This document shows, in pieces, positions 25,340 to 38,835 of a stretch of 64,000 nucleotides of DNA; position 1 is the first letter of the stretch, and each line of letters starts with the position of its first letter. The notes beneath the pieces were generated by a model. That model made no database searches, was not told the origin of the DNA, and saw only the letters and a list, made by a program, of their open reading frames with translations. Source of the DNA: Sphyrna mokarran. Taxonomy: Eukaryota. Made by a program: the position numbers and the translations under genes. The stretch is from assembly GCA_024679065.1 (NCBI GenBank), contig JAGIQG010000003.1, forward strand, positions 29,574,001-29,638,000, read 5' to 3'.

Positions 25340-27905
25340 CATTTCAAGGAAGGATGAAAGATCAATGAGTTATAGGCCAGTTAGCCTAATTATCAGCCAT
25401 TGGGAAAATACTGGAATGTATTATTAAAGAAGCCTTAAGAATGCTTTTAAAAATGTATAGAATGATTAGAACAAGTCAACATGGCTTTACTAAAGAGTTT
25501 TACTAAATCTTGTTTGACAAATGAATTATGTTTTTTGAGCCTGTAATTTAGTAAGGTGGATAAAGGAACCAGTGGTATATCTGGATTTCTAAAATACATT
25601 CAATAAGATATCACACAAAAGATTACAAGGCAAGGAAAGGGCTCACGGAACTGGGAGCGATGTATTAGCACAGACAGAGGCTTGATTAATAAACAGGAGT
25701 CAAAGAATGGGCATATGCGAGGATTTTCAAATTGGCAGACTGTGATGAGTGGAGTAGCACAAGGACTGATACTGTGGCTTCAGCTTTACAATCTAGATTA
25801 TTGACTTAGGTGAAGACAAAGAGTGTAAAGTATCTAAGTTAGCTGATAACATAAAGCTAGGTGGAAAACTAAACTGCTGGGAGGACACAAGTGAGGCTGC
25901 AAAGAGATATGGACAGATGGGCAATAAGAAGGCAGATGGAGTATAATGTGGAGAAATGTAAAGTTATTCACTTGGAAGATTAGGAAAGCAGAATATTTTT
26001 TAAAAGGTGAGAAACTTGTAAACATTTATATTCAGAGAAACTTGCAGAAGGTGTGCTCGTACGAGGAATGCAGGAAGTCAGCATATAGGTAAGCCAAACA
26101 AATAGGAAGGCAAATGGCGTGTTGCCCTTTATTGGAGTTCTATGAGGAAGTGACTAGTGCGGTAGATAGAGGGGAACCGGTGGATGTGGTGTTTTTGGAT
26201 TTCCAAAAGACGTTTAACAAGGTGCCTCACAAAAGATTGCTGCAGAAGGTTAGGGTGCAGGGAGTTGGAGATAGGGTATTAGACTGGATAGAGGATTGGT
26301 TGTCTAATAGGAAGCAGAGGGTAGGTATTAATGGGTGCTATTCTGATTGGCAGCTGGTGACTAATGGAGTGCCCCCAAGGATCAGTGCTGGGACCTCAAC
26401 TATTTAGCATTTACATAGATGATCTGGAGGAAGGGGCTGAGCGCAGGGTGATGAAATTTGCTGATGACATGAAGATGAGTGGAAAAGCAAATGCGTGGAG
26501 AGTGTGGAAAGCCTGCAGAGGGGTCTGGATAGGTTGAGTGAGTGGGCGAGGACCTGGCAGATGGAATATAATGTTAGCAAGTGTGAGGTTATCCACTTTG
26601 GTAGAAATAATGGTAGGAAGGATTGTTATTTAAATGGTGAAAAGCTGCAGCATGCGACAGTGCAGAGGGACCTGGGGGTCCTTGTGCACGAATCACAAAA
26701 ACACAGTATGCAGGTGCAGCAGGTGATCAAAAAGGCGAATGCAATGTTGGCCTTTATAGCGTGGGAGATAGAATATAAAAGTAGGGAGGTACTTTTGCAG
26801 CTGTATAGGGTACTGGTGAGGCTGCAGCTGGAGTACTGTGTGCAGTTTTGGTCGCTGCATTTGAGGAAAGATAATATTGGCCTTGGAGGGGGTGCAGAGA
26901 AGGTTCACTAAGCTGATACTGGAGATGAGGGCATTGGATTATGAGGAGAGACTGAATAGGCTAGGTTTGTACTTGTTGGAGTTTAGAAGGCTGAGAGGAG
27001 ATCTTACAGAGACATACAAGATAATGAAGGGGATAGATGGGATAGAGGTTGAGAGACTCTTCCCACTTAGCAAAGATAGCAAGACTAGAGGCACAGCCTC
27101 AAAATAAGGCGGGGGGGGGGGGGGGGGGGGGGGGGACATGGTTCAGATCAGAGTTGAGGAGGAATTTCTTCACTCAAAGGGTGGTGAATCTTTGGAATTC
27201 TCTGCCTGTTGAAGTGGTGGAGGCTCCCTCACTGAATATATTTAAGTCAAGGGTGGAAAGGTTTTTGATTAACAAGGGAATTAAGGGTGACAGGGAGAAA
27301 GCGGGAAAGCGGAACTGAACCACTGCAGGTCAGCCATGATCTTATTGAATGACGAGGCAGGCTCAAGGAGCTGAATGGCCTACTCCTGCTCCTATTTCTT
27401 ATGTTCTTATTGAAAGTGGATTAGAGTACAAGAATAAAGAAATCTTCCTAGATTTGTACAGGATTTTGGTGAGACTGAACCTGCAGTTTTAGATACAATT
27501 TTCATTTCCACAATTAAGAGAGGATATCCTTGTGTTGGAGTTAGTACAGCAAATGTTCACTAAGCTGGTCCCTGGGATGAAGGGGTTGTACTTCACTGGG
27601 GTTGAATAACTAGGTTCTATATCCTCTGCAGTTCTGAAGAACAAGAGGTGATCTGATAGAAACATACAATATTCTGAAGAGGTTAGATGATATCTTAAAC
27701 ACACAGGCATAATCTCAGGGTAAGGGCTGATTATTTAGGATTGAGATGAAGGGAAATTATTTAATTCTTTACCCCAGAGGATTACAAATGTTTCATTGTT
27801 GAACATATTTAAGGCTGGAATGTACTGGGGAATGAAGGAGTTGAAGCCACAATTGTACTGGATGGTGGAACGTATGGTCTACTCCTGTTCCTAGTCTTGT
27901 GTGAT
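25340..27905 (+). mobile_element. Old CR1 with a younger CR1 (about 26131-27410) nested inside
   Basis: The old copy breaks at ...cctttattg and resumes at ...ttattgaaagtggattagagtac; the inner copy has DFQKTFNKVPH, FADD and its own ttcttatgttctt tail. Confidence 0.9.
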
Positions 27906-28151
27906 TTCAATCTCCTCTCCATTCCTGCTGTGATGGTTGCTGCAGCCTAAAGAATCTAAGTTTAGGAAAGCCTTTCTGACATGCTCTGAGATCTCTTTAA
28001 TTAGAAATCTTCTTTTTGAAAGAATTAACACTCCCGGCAGCAGTGGATAGCCAATTTAGTGGCAAAAAAACTGGCCCCTTGGGCCAGACTGGGGAAACTG
28101 TCAGGATCTTATTGATGTCAGACAGGCCCCAAGCTGCAATCCGAGCAGTCA

Positions 28152-28348
28152 TGATGTAGAGATGCCGGCGTTGGACTGGGGTAAACACAGCAAGAAGTCT
28201 GACAACACCAGGTTTAAATCCAACCGATTTATTTGATAGTAAACTCACAAGCTTTCGATTTATCTGACAAAGACCAGAGGGTCGAAAGCTTGTGAGTTTA
28301 CTATCAAATAAATCCATTGGATTTAAACCTGGTGCTATCAGACTTCTT
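28152..28348. mobile_element. Miniature fold-back Penelope-like insertion
   Basis: Inverted arms of about 65 bp; TSD atccgagcagWca at 28139-28151 and 28349-28361; hammerhead motif at 28259-28296 (+). Confidence 0.9.
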
Positions 28349-28556
28349 ATCCGAGCAGACAGCAGGGAACACATCCCCATTGACTCTGAGTTCCCTGTAA
28401 ACATTCCAGGCTCGAGTGAGTGTTAAGTGGTTCCAGCCCGTACTCGGGAGAAAGTCCAGCCTTCAAGACTGACTGACCAATCCCATTGGCCTGCAGCTCT
28501 CCGGTCGCTGCATTGACAAGAGCTGCAGTGAATTGGAGATGCCATGGGAAGCATTC

Positions 28557-28705
28557 CAAAAAGGCGTGCTGGTTAGGTGCACTGGCCATGCTAAATTCTC
28601 CCTCAGTGTATCCAAACAGGCACTGGAGTGTTGTGACTAGGGGGTTTTCACAGTAACTTCATTGCAGTGTTAATGTAAGCCTACTTGTGACACTAATTTA
28701 AAAAA
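28557..28705 (+). mobile_element. V-SINE 3' half, tail type B
   Basis: ggccatgctaaattctccctcagtg...gtaagcctacttgtgacactaa. Confidence 0.8.
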
Positions 28706-29454
28706 GGCAAGGGAAGTAGGGAAAGCCGGGGTAGGAGAGGGGGTGCAGTGAGGGAATGGAATGATAGGGATCTCAGGAAGAGGCTGCAAGGGGGAAGGGG
28801 GTCTGGCGGCTGCCCAACTTTAGGGGGTGGAGGGGTCCAACTTCAGAAGGAGGCTTTAATGGAGGCACCAACAAACACACCCCCCCTTCCCACCAGCCAA
28901 GATGGAAGGCCATTTGATTTTCAGGGCCTCAATTGAGACAAGGGGAAGCTTCCCATCTGTGTCCTTGCCATTCCAGTGTAAAATCACTGCATGGTCAGGA
29001 TGGATGGGAACCCAGAGAGAATCCTGTTCCTTCAATTTCACATTTTCACCTTGCCTATAAACATAGAAATATGAAATTCCAGCCCAAAATGTTTCTCAAT
29101 GCTTCTTCCAAAAGATGGAAAAAATGATGGAGCGTGTGCGAAAGGTGCAATATCCAGTTCAGGACGCAGGGGCCCTTTTGTTAAACCATTGGCTTAACCA
29201 CAATAAAGGCAGCAACTCATTGAGCCATGGTGTCATAGCAATAAGAACATTATAATGAGCACCACTGTCACAGCCAGAAAGAACCCTGGAAATAATTGTG
29301 TTAGTGAGTAATGCCATGATTTTCACAATGCCGTAATTTCCTGGGATTTATGCACCACTACACCAAAATCATGATCACATATTCAGAAAGAGATACTTGC
29401 ACATCTTGTTTTCTCACTGTTTTCTCACAGTTTGGAGAAATGTAGTTAAATAAA

Positions 29455-30253
29455 GGATAGAATTCTCCTGAAAAAATTCTGAGTGTTGAATTTGCTGGAA
29501 AACTGGAGTACTTCATGTTTTTTTTCAGCTCAATTGCTGGCCAACCCAGGACCCCTACAATGCTGCCCAACTTCCCCCCCAGCCCATTAGTGACCCCCCC
29601 CCCCAACCATTCCCAACACCACCTGTCCTGGACTGACCGCCCCAGTCTCCAGCCCGTCCCCAACCCCCTGCTCCACGCAGCAGATCCCACCCCCCAGCAC
29701 GCCCTGAATGAGGGCCTCCTTCCCATCCCCATTGATCCCAATACAATGGCAGTGTAAACCCCATCTCCACTGATGGCCCTGAGCTCCATCCCCAATAGGT
29801 CACATCCCCCATAGCCCCCCCTCCCGCAATGCCTTTCGGTGGTCCCCTGGGCATAGGCACTTTGCCCCTTGGACAGTGTCAAGGGTGCAGGCTGGCAGTG
29901 CCAGGATGCCAATGCCCAGAGGGCACTCCCTGGTCATTCAACCTTCACTCCAGCAGGGTCAAAAGTTTGGAGCTAGTTTCATCCCTGCTGGATTGAAACA
30001 GTCTGGCAGGGTGGGAGAGGCTAGCAAGCCCAGAGAATTGAGGGCTGGGCTCACTAAATGTAAAATATCATTTCAATACTAGCTCCACTTCCCCACCGAT
30101 TTCTGGCATGGAGCAGACGATGCTGGAAATCGGTCATTGGGAGTTGCTCGCGGGGATGAACACTTGCAGGAATCCCGCAAATCACCCCCACACAATTCTC
30201 CCAGTGCACTGCACTAGAGAATGAGCGCATCAGGATAGCAGAATCACCCCCCA
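29455..30253. mobile_element. Non-autonomous Harbinger-like element
   Basis: Starts at ggatagaattctcc and ends at gaatcacccc; C-rich interior typical of the window's MITE-like repeats. Confidence 0.45.
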
Positions 30254-30403
30254 AGTCCCTGGTGACTTCTAATAATTGCAACGGTTAGTTCTGGGCAGAA
30301 GAAAGAGTGTTAACTGTTTGTTCCATCACTTATAATTGGCAGTTGTTAAAGAGTAAAGCAGCAAGAGCTGGGATTCATGCAATTACATGAGGGTTAAGAT
30401 TAA

Positions 30404-30518
30404 CAGCACAGTGGCACAATGATTAGCACTGCTGCCTCACAACTCCAGGGACCTGGATTCAGTTCTAGCTTTGGGTGACTATCAGTGCCACCGTTCTCCC
30501 CATGTCTGCATCGGTTTC
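30404..30518 (+). mobile_element. V-SINE 5' fragment
   Basis: cagcacagtggcacaatgattagcactgctgcctcac head. Confidence 0.75.
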
Positions 30519-31409
30519 AGATTGAAATTTGATATCAGTATTAATAATCTTTTGGTATATATAAAACAGCAAAAATTAGCTCAGTAAAACCACACAACTT
30601 GCTATAATTGATTTGATACATATTACAAATGATTTGTACTCACTAACAATGTTCCTATGGAACATTGTAATTTCTTAGCTAAGCCTTCTGATGTTTACAT
30701 CAGAAGACTTTGTACAATCCTGTCTGGTGCAGCCTCCTCAAATACATTGATTTGACAAAAAATATTCAGACCACTGGAAAATAAAGTTAACCCTGGAAAT
30801 TTTTACATGATGGGATTACTTCACAGATGCATCAGGCATTATCGGGAGTGCATTTTGCCTTTCAAACTCCATCAACTGCAATCAAACCTCCCAAATGCTC
30901 TTACAATTTCAGATGATATCACAGCATTTATCAATAGGCTTCACTGCAAATCCTACTTTCCCAATTAGTTACTGAATGAATTCCCACACGTTTCAAAATA
31001 AATCCAGATGGAAGTATAACATTCCTAGTCAGGAAAGGATAAGTTTGCATAAAAATATAAATGTGAATTATTTCTATTACCCATGATGAATTCCAATGCG
31101 ATAGTTTAGTATTCTTGATTTATCTATCCAATTATGTCCTTTATAAAAATGTGGTTTAAACTTCTAAATAAATGGATTTGGAGTAAAATAATTAGCTGAC
31201 AACTAAATTCCAGAAAGTTTTGAATTGATCAATTCTAAAAAGGTCAAATGTGATGAATTATGTTTTATTACACAAAATTGGGTAATAAAAACATTAATAT
31301 TGAAATCTGACTTTTTACTAAAGTAGATTTTTTTTTCTAAAGCATGATTCTATAATCTTGACCTTGCTTGATAACATTTTTATTCACTGATTTATGATTT
31401 ATCAAATCT

Positions 31410-32583
31410 TATAATACAAGAAATATATTTATATAACACCTCCCACAATCTCAGGAAACCCCAAAGAATTTTAGAACCATTGGAATGCTTTGAATAGAAA
31501 TCAATGATCAGGTCATCTTTTGCTGGTATTGATTTGATAGAAAAATACTGGGCAAGATGCTTGCCCAGCTCTTCCTCAAATAGTACCGTAGGGTAGTCCA
31601 CATCCCCCTGATCTTAATTTATTTTGTGAAGATGCCAGTGTTGGACTGGGGTAAGAAGTCTGACAACATCAGGTTAAGTCCAAGCTTGTGAGTTTACTAT
31701 CAAATAAATTGGTTGGACTTAAACCTGGTGTTGTCAGACTTCTCACTTAATTTATTTCACAGACGGTGAGCTGGGTTTAATACAGCAATCTGCCTGAGGG
31801 AGTTCTGCATTCCTTCTTTTCAAGAAAGCCACCCAAACAAAGTGTCACTCAGGCACTTAACTAAACAGTGGTGGGTTTTCCAAGGTCAAGGGCCCAGGGA
31901 TGGAGGTGCTGCCCATTGAGAGTGACTGACCCATCAGAGGCCAGCATTGGACAACAGCACCACTGAAGCAACAGTGGTTGCTGCTGGTATGACACCCACC
32001 TGAGGCCCACTGTCATTGCTGCAAACCAAACCACAAATGAATGATGAGGGGGAGGGTAGCATTCATAAATGGGAGAGGTGTCAACAGCAAAGTCAAGGTG
32101 TGGCTCTCTTATCAGGCAACATTCCCTCCCTCCACCCACTTCTAATGCCAGGTTCCTCAATCAGGCACCAAGTGTGTTTAAACAAGAGACCACCCTCCAC
32201 CCCAAATCCACAAGCAACCCCACGTGTTTTTCTGTCATGTTCTCTGCATTTTAACCCCTTGCGCCCTCTGAACACTGGGTTAATATCAGCAGCACCAGGA
32301 TGAACTCCTGAAGTGGGCATTGAAAAGCTCAATGAGAAGACTGTCTGTGGGTTGTCTTGCCATTGACTTAATCGGGGGGAGGGGAGAAAGGTGATAGCAT
32401 TCAGACCTATCACCCACCCATGCAATTAAATGCCTGGCTAACATAAAACCCACCATGTGGGAAAGGCATTAAATCCCAGTGCAGTGTACCCTCAGTACCT
32501 AACTGATGTCTCTGGAGTGGTACTTGAATCCACAACCATCTGACTCAGCGGTGAGAGTACCAGTACTGAGTCATGGTTGACAA
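31410..32583 (-). mobile_element. Old Deu-type SINE split by a MITE-like insertion
   Basis: Tail (atatttatataacacc) at about 31424, body ctcttcctcaaatagt, and head (ggtacttgaatccacaaccatctgactcag) at about 32520-32580. Confidence 0.55.
31625..31745. mobile_element. Miniature fold-back Penelope-like insertion
   Basis: Inverted arms of about 30 bp; perfect TSD cttaatttattt at 31613-31624 and 31746-31757. Confidence 0.88.
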
Positions 32584-34347
32584 TGCAAAGACAGTCATGG
32601 CTATCTTTTATATTGTGCTCCATCATACAATCATTTTCTGTTAGATACAGTTATCTATCTTGCCTCCAGATATTTGAAGTATATAGTTTTTTTTAAATAC
32701 TTCCACCCATTCATTGAACCCAACTATTCCGTGACTGCAGAGTAGAACAGCAACAACAAATATATAAGGTCAATTCCTAATGTAAGGAAGCGGTACATCA
32801 TATCAGTTCCTAGTAAAACTGAAATAGCCTCACCAAGCCAATCCCACTTGATGGAGCTATTACTTATGGAAAAAACACAAGTAAATCTGACCTACATAGT
32901 TCTGTGGATTTATGGGCTAGCTATCACTGGATGATTTAGCATTCAGTAATCTAAATTCTCTGCATATTATAGGACATACAATATGAATAAATGATTAATT
33001 CTTATGCATGATCATCACACCACATTGACACGGAACACATCACACAAGTTGTGGTTCACAAAAAATTATTTCAACAACAAATTGAAAACCTATTTTTCAT
33101 GTGGATGAGACTGTTATAATATTGTTAACTATATTTTCCTGCTGATTGGTATTGGGAGCAAATAAATGTGAACATATAAAACACTGCAAACTTCATTGAC
33201 CTTTTCATTCTCATCTGCGAGCAGAGAGAAATATTATCAATGTTTTTAGTGTGACAGACACCACTGAGTGATTTCAAGACAATACTCCAGTCTTAAAATT
33301 CAAGGGACATTTACAAATTACTCAGTCTCATGACATCATCTGAATCCCTTGATAGATTATCTGCCTGCCGATTATTATCCTCCATCCATTGTTCTCCTCT
33401 TACTGCTGTTGCAAAAGAAAAGGAAACTCGTAACTTGTAGACTTTGACCAAGTTAATTCTTTTTGCAATATTCTACTGTCCTGATGCTTGGCTAATAAGA
33501 TCCACCTGAATTGAGTAATTTAGCATCTAAACTCTAACAAGTACCTAGAGTAAAGCGCAAACCATCACCTGCAGAAAATTAGTATCACTTGAACGACAAA
33601 GGACATTCAGCAAAGGAACCAAACATCCACTGATATTTAATGTTTTATTTTCTGTTTGTGCACAAGGGCCCATTCTGGGAGAGAAAAACATATTTATCCA
33701 GAAACTTGGCATGTTTCCCTTTGAACCCAATTATCTAATGAACAATCAAGTTAAACCAAGCATAGATCAGCTATCTAATCCCTCCCCATGTACACAAACA
33801 TTGTGTATTGCCTCTGTCATATGCACCTGTGCAACATTTATCTTTCATGTTAGTCTTTTCATGCAGACCCTCAGAGCAGGATTGTTCGGTAGGTACACAT
33901 TAGTAATGAAATGAAAGCACTTTTGTTCCATCGATACAATTCATTGGCACCAGAGCAAGGATTCCCCAAACTCCTTTCATTCATTTTACAGAGGGCATAT
34001 CAGTCATAATTCTCCTTCTGAATTTGAACAAAGGTGCCAGAAGTGAGAAGAGAATGCTTTAGTGAGTAGCCACAAATTACCCGACTGGATATGTGCTTTT
34101 TATTTTGTGATGCTGGATAGGATCTTATTAAAATGTTATTCCCAGCATATTTTACACCCCTTTGGCAAATATCTCACAATCCTTTTCCCCAAATTTGACC
34201 ATTTTCACAGTGCTTTCTGAAGCATGATTATGCAGCCATATATATTAGATTTAAACTGAATCCTTCTGTAATGCTGGTCAGCTTGTCGAGTACGTATCCT
34301 TCACACAGAACTAAATACAATGAATTGATTGAAACAATGCTTCTTAC

Positions 34348-34426
34348 CGACATGAGTGATAACATTGACCAGTCGCTGTGTGAGCTCTTGAAGTGACATC
34401 TCTTCTTCCCTCAGACAGAGAAGCAT
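34348..34426 (-). CDS. MCF2L2: First coding exon of an MCF2L2-like Rho GEF (DBL family)
   Basis: Encodes MLLCLREEEMSLQELTQRLVNVITHV plus G|gtaaga (phase 1). This matches my recollection of the human MCF2L2 N-terminus MLSCLKEEMPPQELTRRLATVITHV|DEIMQQ. Exon 2 was not found in the window. Confidence 0.82.
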
Positions 34427-35369
34427 CTCACAGTCCTCAGCACCAAACCTACAGCTGCTCCTGTAGAATCTTCTCAAGCACACAAAGGCAAGTGCCACTC
34501 CCAGTAGCAATATTCCATTCAAGACACTGGCACTATTGCAGCTATTTCTGATCCTTTGTTAGCATCTGCAGTCATCTTCAACACCTCCTTTCAAAGAAAA
34601 TATGTAATTTTAGGCCAGGGAAACGTGACTTTGGGATATTTTTAGAAATGTGAGGAAAAAGCTGGTGAAATTCTGTATCAGACCTGCTCTATGCTCATTT
34701 CTATTAACACTGAGTCAGGCTTACACAGCAAATCAGTGTGCAGCTACCTGCCTCAAGGGAGATGCTGGGTGACCGTACTCCAGATCAAAACCTGGAGTCA
34801 TGGATTAGTAGGACTGGAACAGGAATAGCATAAAAAGATTATAGAGCTACAGCTTTAGCTGAATTAATTTAAACGCTCTGCTTCACATTGAGACTAAAAT
34901 TACTTCCTTGTTCAAAAGTTAATCTTTTAGACACGCATGCCAACCTGGCACATTGATAGTCTTTGATTATCCGTTTGGATTATCCTTCTTTGTGAGTCTC
35001 CGTTAAATGATATTTTCTATTGACATCTGCTCATTAGCTGCTCCAATCTCTGAACATTAGTAACACGGTAACACCACCATCTGCCACGGCCTGAGAGGAC
35101 AAAATATGCAAAGGGCCAAAAGTCAGGATCTTCAAGGGAGATCAATGTGAAAAACCTCAGCAATGTAATCTCCAAGATGCAGCTGCTGCTTGCACTAAAG
35201 CCTTGAGGGATCATTTCTGAAATGACAGCTGAAATCAATGCGCTCTGTAATCCGAGCATGTGTTCGAAATGAAGGCAATGCAAACCAGTCCTGTAAAATA
35301 GTAAATACAACATGTCTGGAAAGAATCTTGGAGTCAAGAGGTTAAGAGGGCAGAAAATATACAGTTAGA

Positions 35370-35694
35370 GTAGAATTACAATGCAGAGTTGGCCCATCAA
35401 GTCTGCACCAACTCTCCAACAAAGCTTCTAACCCAGGCCCTATCCCCATAACCCTATGTATTTACCGCTCAAAGCCTCACATCTTGGGACACTAAGGGAC
35501 AATTCAGCATGGCTAATCCACTTAACTTCCACATCTTTGGAACGTGCGAGGAAACTGGAGCACCAGGAGGAAACCCACACAGACATGAAGATCACAAGCA
35601 AACTCCACACAGACAGTGATCCAAGGCTTGAATTGAAGCCAGGTCCCTGGTGTTATGGAGCAGCAGTGCTAACCACTATGCCATTGTGCCACCC
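35370..35694 (-). mobile_element. HE1-like V-SINE (CR1-type tail)
   Basis: Reverse-complement head at 35640-35694; ggcccatcaagtctgcacc tail. Confidence 0.85.
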
Positions 35695-35733
35695 AGTTCA
35701 AAATCCCATTACAATCCTGGTCCTGGGACTCAG

Positions 35734-36159
35734 GATGTAGAGATGCCAGCGTTGGACTGGGGTAAACTCAGTAAAGTTTGACAACACCAATTTTAAATCC
35801 AACTGATTTATTTGATAGTAAATCTGCGAGCTTTCGGCCTTTGTGACCTTCGTCAGGCGAATGAGGTGTTCTGGTCTCCAAAAGCACACATATCAGCACA
35901 GACAGTTTACAGATTGCTGATTAGAATGCGAATCCTTACACCTAACCTGCCATTCAAGTCTTAAAGTGGCTAACAGCAGAGGTTAGAGGGATGTGTATTG
36001 TCTCCAGACAGCACAGTAAGTGAGGTTTTTTGCTAACCCAGGCAAGTCATGGGGGTTACAGATAGTGTGACATGAAGCCAAGATCCCTGTTAAGACCGTC
36101 CTCATGTGTGTGGAACTTGGCTATCAGTCTCTGCTCAGCGACTCTGCGCTGTCGTGTGT
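35734..36159 (-). mobile_element. 5'-truncated Penelope-like element (not inverted)
   Basis: Homologous to about 51670-52114; TSD ctgggactcag at 35723-35733 and 36160-36170. Confidence 0.9.
35822..35862 (-). ncRNA. Minimal type I hammerhead ribozyme
   Basis: Minus strand: attcgc CTGACGA a GGTC acaaa GGCC GAAA gctc gcagat. Confidence 0.75.
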
Positions 36160-36331
36160 CTGGGACTCAGACCAAATCTGTGCTATGGTGAGAATGTTTA
36201 TCTATGTTCTTTTCAATTCTTTATTTATGAAAATCTACTGGTAAACCTAAATGGCAAATATATGATCATAGGTACTAACTTTGTTAACTTACAGTTGCTT
36301 GTTTCCCAACTTGAGCTGATGTCTTTCCCAA

Positions 36332-36584
36332 CTTGGGTCATTGTCTGTGTGGGGTTTGCACATTCTTCCTGTGTCACTGTGGGTTTCCTCCAGGTGCTCC
36401 AGTTTCTTCCCACTCTCCAAAGATGTGAGGTTTAGGTGGATTGGCTATGCTAAATTGCCCCTTAGTGTCAGGTTTCTGACACTATATAACCCCATGTAAA
36501 TGCATGGGGTTATAGGGTTAGGGCCTGGTGGGATTATGGTTGGTGCAGACTCGATGGGCTTTCTTCTGCACTGTATGATTCTAT
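36332..36584 (+). mobile_element. HE1-like V-SINE, 5'-truncated
   Basis: cttgggtcattgtctgtgtgg...ggtgcagactcgatgggc...attctat. Confidence 0.85.
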
Positions 36585-37199
36585 AAAGCTTCTGTAGATA
36601 TTAGCTCAGCGGTTACAGTACTGATATTCTTACCAAATCTCTTTTGGTTCATGAGTTCTAACCACTCATGTGCTAATTAGAATATTTTGTGACTGCAGAA
36701 TGGGAAGTTGGAAGAAAGTCTCAATGTTGTCCCTTAAAAACACATTTGTGGGTCATTAGAACAGAATTGGAAATTACCATTGGAAATGCTGGCAAAGATT
36801 ATTCAATAGCAAGAAAACAAGAAAATAAGGAAACAACTTGTCAGCCATCTGGAGGTGGCTTTGGAAGTGGGAGATCTAAAAGTGCACCTTTAGAAAAATG
36901 CATATATTGGGTCATCTACCTGATGCAGTCCCACTTCCAAGCATTCTCGCTGGAGGTGGGGTCAAGCTGGAATTGGCTAACTGCCCGGCAATGGCAGGTA
37001 GCCAATTAGTGGTAATTAAGTGGCCACTTGGGGCAGATTGTGATACCATTAGGATGAAGGACAGCACCAGATATGTGTGCATGCAGTTGGATGCCATTTT
37101 GGATTTGCAAAGGCCATTTTTAGCGCTAAGAGTTCAGGCACTAAGCAACCAAACCTTATGGTCAGAAGCTTCTGGAAATAATTTTGGTTGATCATTAAG

Positions 37200-38510
37200 C
37201 ATCTCATGTGCACAAATTGTTGAAAGTGGCAGGACAGGGTGAGAAAGCACACAGGTCCTAGGCTTAATAGAAAAGAGGCACAATTTACAAAAGCAAGAAA
37301 GTTATAGTGAATCTTTATAAACACTGATTTGTCCAGTGTGGTTACTATACTTTGAGAAGAATGTAAATTAAGACATTGGAAAAGGTGCAGAAAAGATTCA
37401 GAATAGTTACAGGAATGAAAGACAACAGTGCCATAGGTAGATTTGCAATGCCAAGATTGTTCTCCCCAAAGCAGAGAAGATTGAGTGGAGATTTAACAGA
37501 CAGTTCAAAATCACGAGAGGCTAAACAGAATCTGGAATCTAGGTGCCCTTGAACACATAGCGCCTCACAGCACCAGGGACCCAGGTTCAATCCTGGCCTT
37601 GGGTCACCATCTGTGTAAAGTTTGCACATTTTCTCGATGTCTGTGTGGATTTCCTCCAGGTGATCCAGTTTCCTCCCACAGTTCAAAGATATGTAGGTTA
37701 GGTGATTGGCCATGTTAAATGCACAGTGTTATGGGGATAGGGTGGAGGGCAGTGTGGGATACTGTTTCAGAGAATTGATATAGACATGATGGGCTGAGTG
37801 GCCTGTTTCTGCACTGTAGGGATTCTAAGATTAATCAATGAAAGTGGAGAAGCAAGTGCAGCCAGTAATTAGGAAAGGCAAGTGGTATGTCAGCTTTCAT
37901 TGCAAGAGAATTTGATTTTAAAAATAAAGATGTCTTACTGCAGTTAGTCAGGGCCTTGGTGAGACCACACCTGGTATACTGTATACAGTTTTGGTCTCCT
38001 TAACTAAGAAAGGATATACTTGCCACTGAGGGAGAGCAATGGAAGTTCACTAGGTTGATACTAGAGTTAGCAGAACTGTCTAATTAGGAGGGATTTGTTC
38101 AACTGGGCCTTTACTCGCTCAAGTTTAGAAGGGTAAGAGCAGATCTGATATAAAATTTTAACAGGGCCGAACAGACTAGGTGCAGGGAGAATGTTTTAGC
38201 TGATTAGGGAATCTAGAACCGGGGACACAGTCTTAGCATACAGGGTAGACCATTTAGGACTGAGCTGGGGGAAAATGTCTTCAAAGAGTAGTAAACAGTG
38301 GAACAGTCTATCACAGAGATTGTGGAGGCCACCTCACTGAACGTGTTCAAAAAAAAAGGGATAGATAATTTTTCAATTTCAATGAAAGCAAGGAGTATGG
38401 AGAGAAAACGAGATTATGGCTTTGAGACAGAGGATCAGTCATAATAATAATGAATGGTGGAGCAGGCTTGAGGGGCTGAATGGCCTACTCCTGCTCCTAG
38501 TTTCTAAGTT
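37200..38510 (+). mobile_element. CR1 3' fragments with an HE1-like SINE (about 37560-37830) between them
   Basis: LVRPHLVYCIQFWSP-like segment; gaatggcctactcctgctcct tail; SINE body cgcctcacagcaccagggacccagg. Confidence 0.8.
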
Positions 38511-38835
38511 TTGTTGAATTGATTCTATCAGCTGAAGAGTTGAGAAGCAGTGCATGTTGATTCAAAGTGATTGGCAAAAAGATCAGGCACAACATGAGCA
38601 AAGGCCTCAATGCCATCACTTGGTTGGCTAACACATCTACTCAATAATTAGGCGATTATCAGCTTGAAGGTCAGCATTACCACTTTGACAGCTATGTTAA
38701 CTGCCAGGTAGCTGTAGTGTCCACCATCGAGGCCTCTCATTATTGGCGGACAACGTAGGGACCAAAGTGTCTTATCAACACCTTTAATCACATTTAGTTT
38801 TCATGTTTTTAAGTTTCATTTGAGCTTCTGTTTTT

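Noticed and set aside
27111-27135. Poly-G run giving poly-Gly and poly-Pro ORFs
   Set aside because: Homopolymer expansion or sequencing artefact inside a CR1.
1-34347. Search for MCF2L2 exon 2 and a nested B3GNT5-like gene
   Set aside because: No DEIMQ-like exon or long single-exon glycosyltransferase ORF was seen; probably outside the window.
34301-34522. 73-aa ORF with an apparent signal peptide
   Set aside because: Only 34426-34348 matches MCF2L2; the upstream part starts at TTG and the downstream part is intron.
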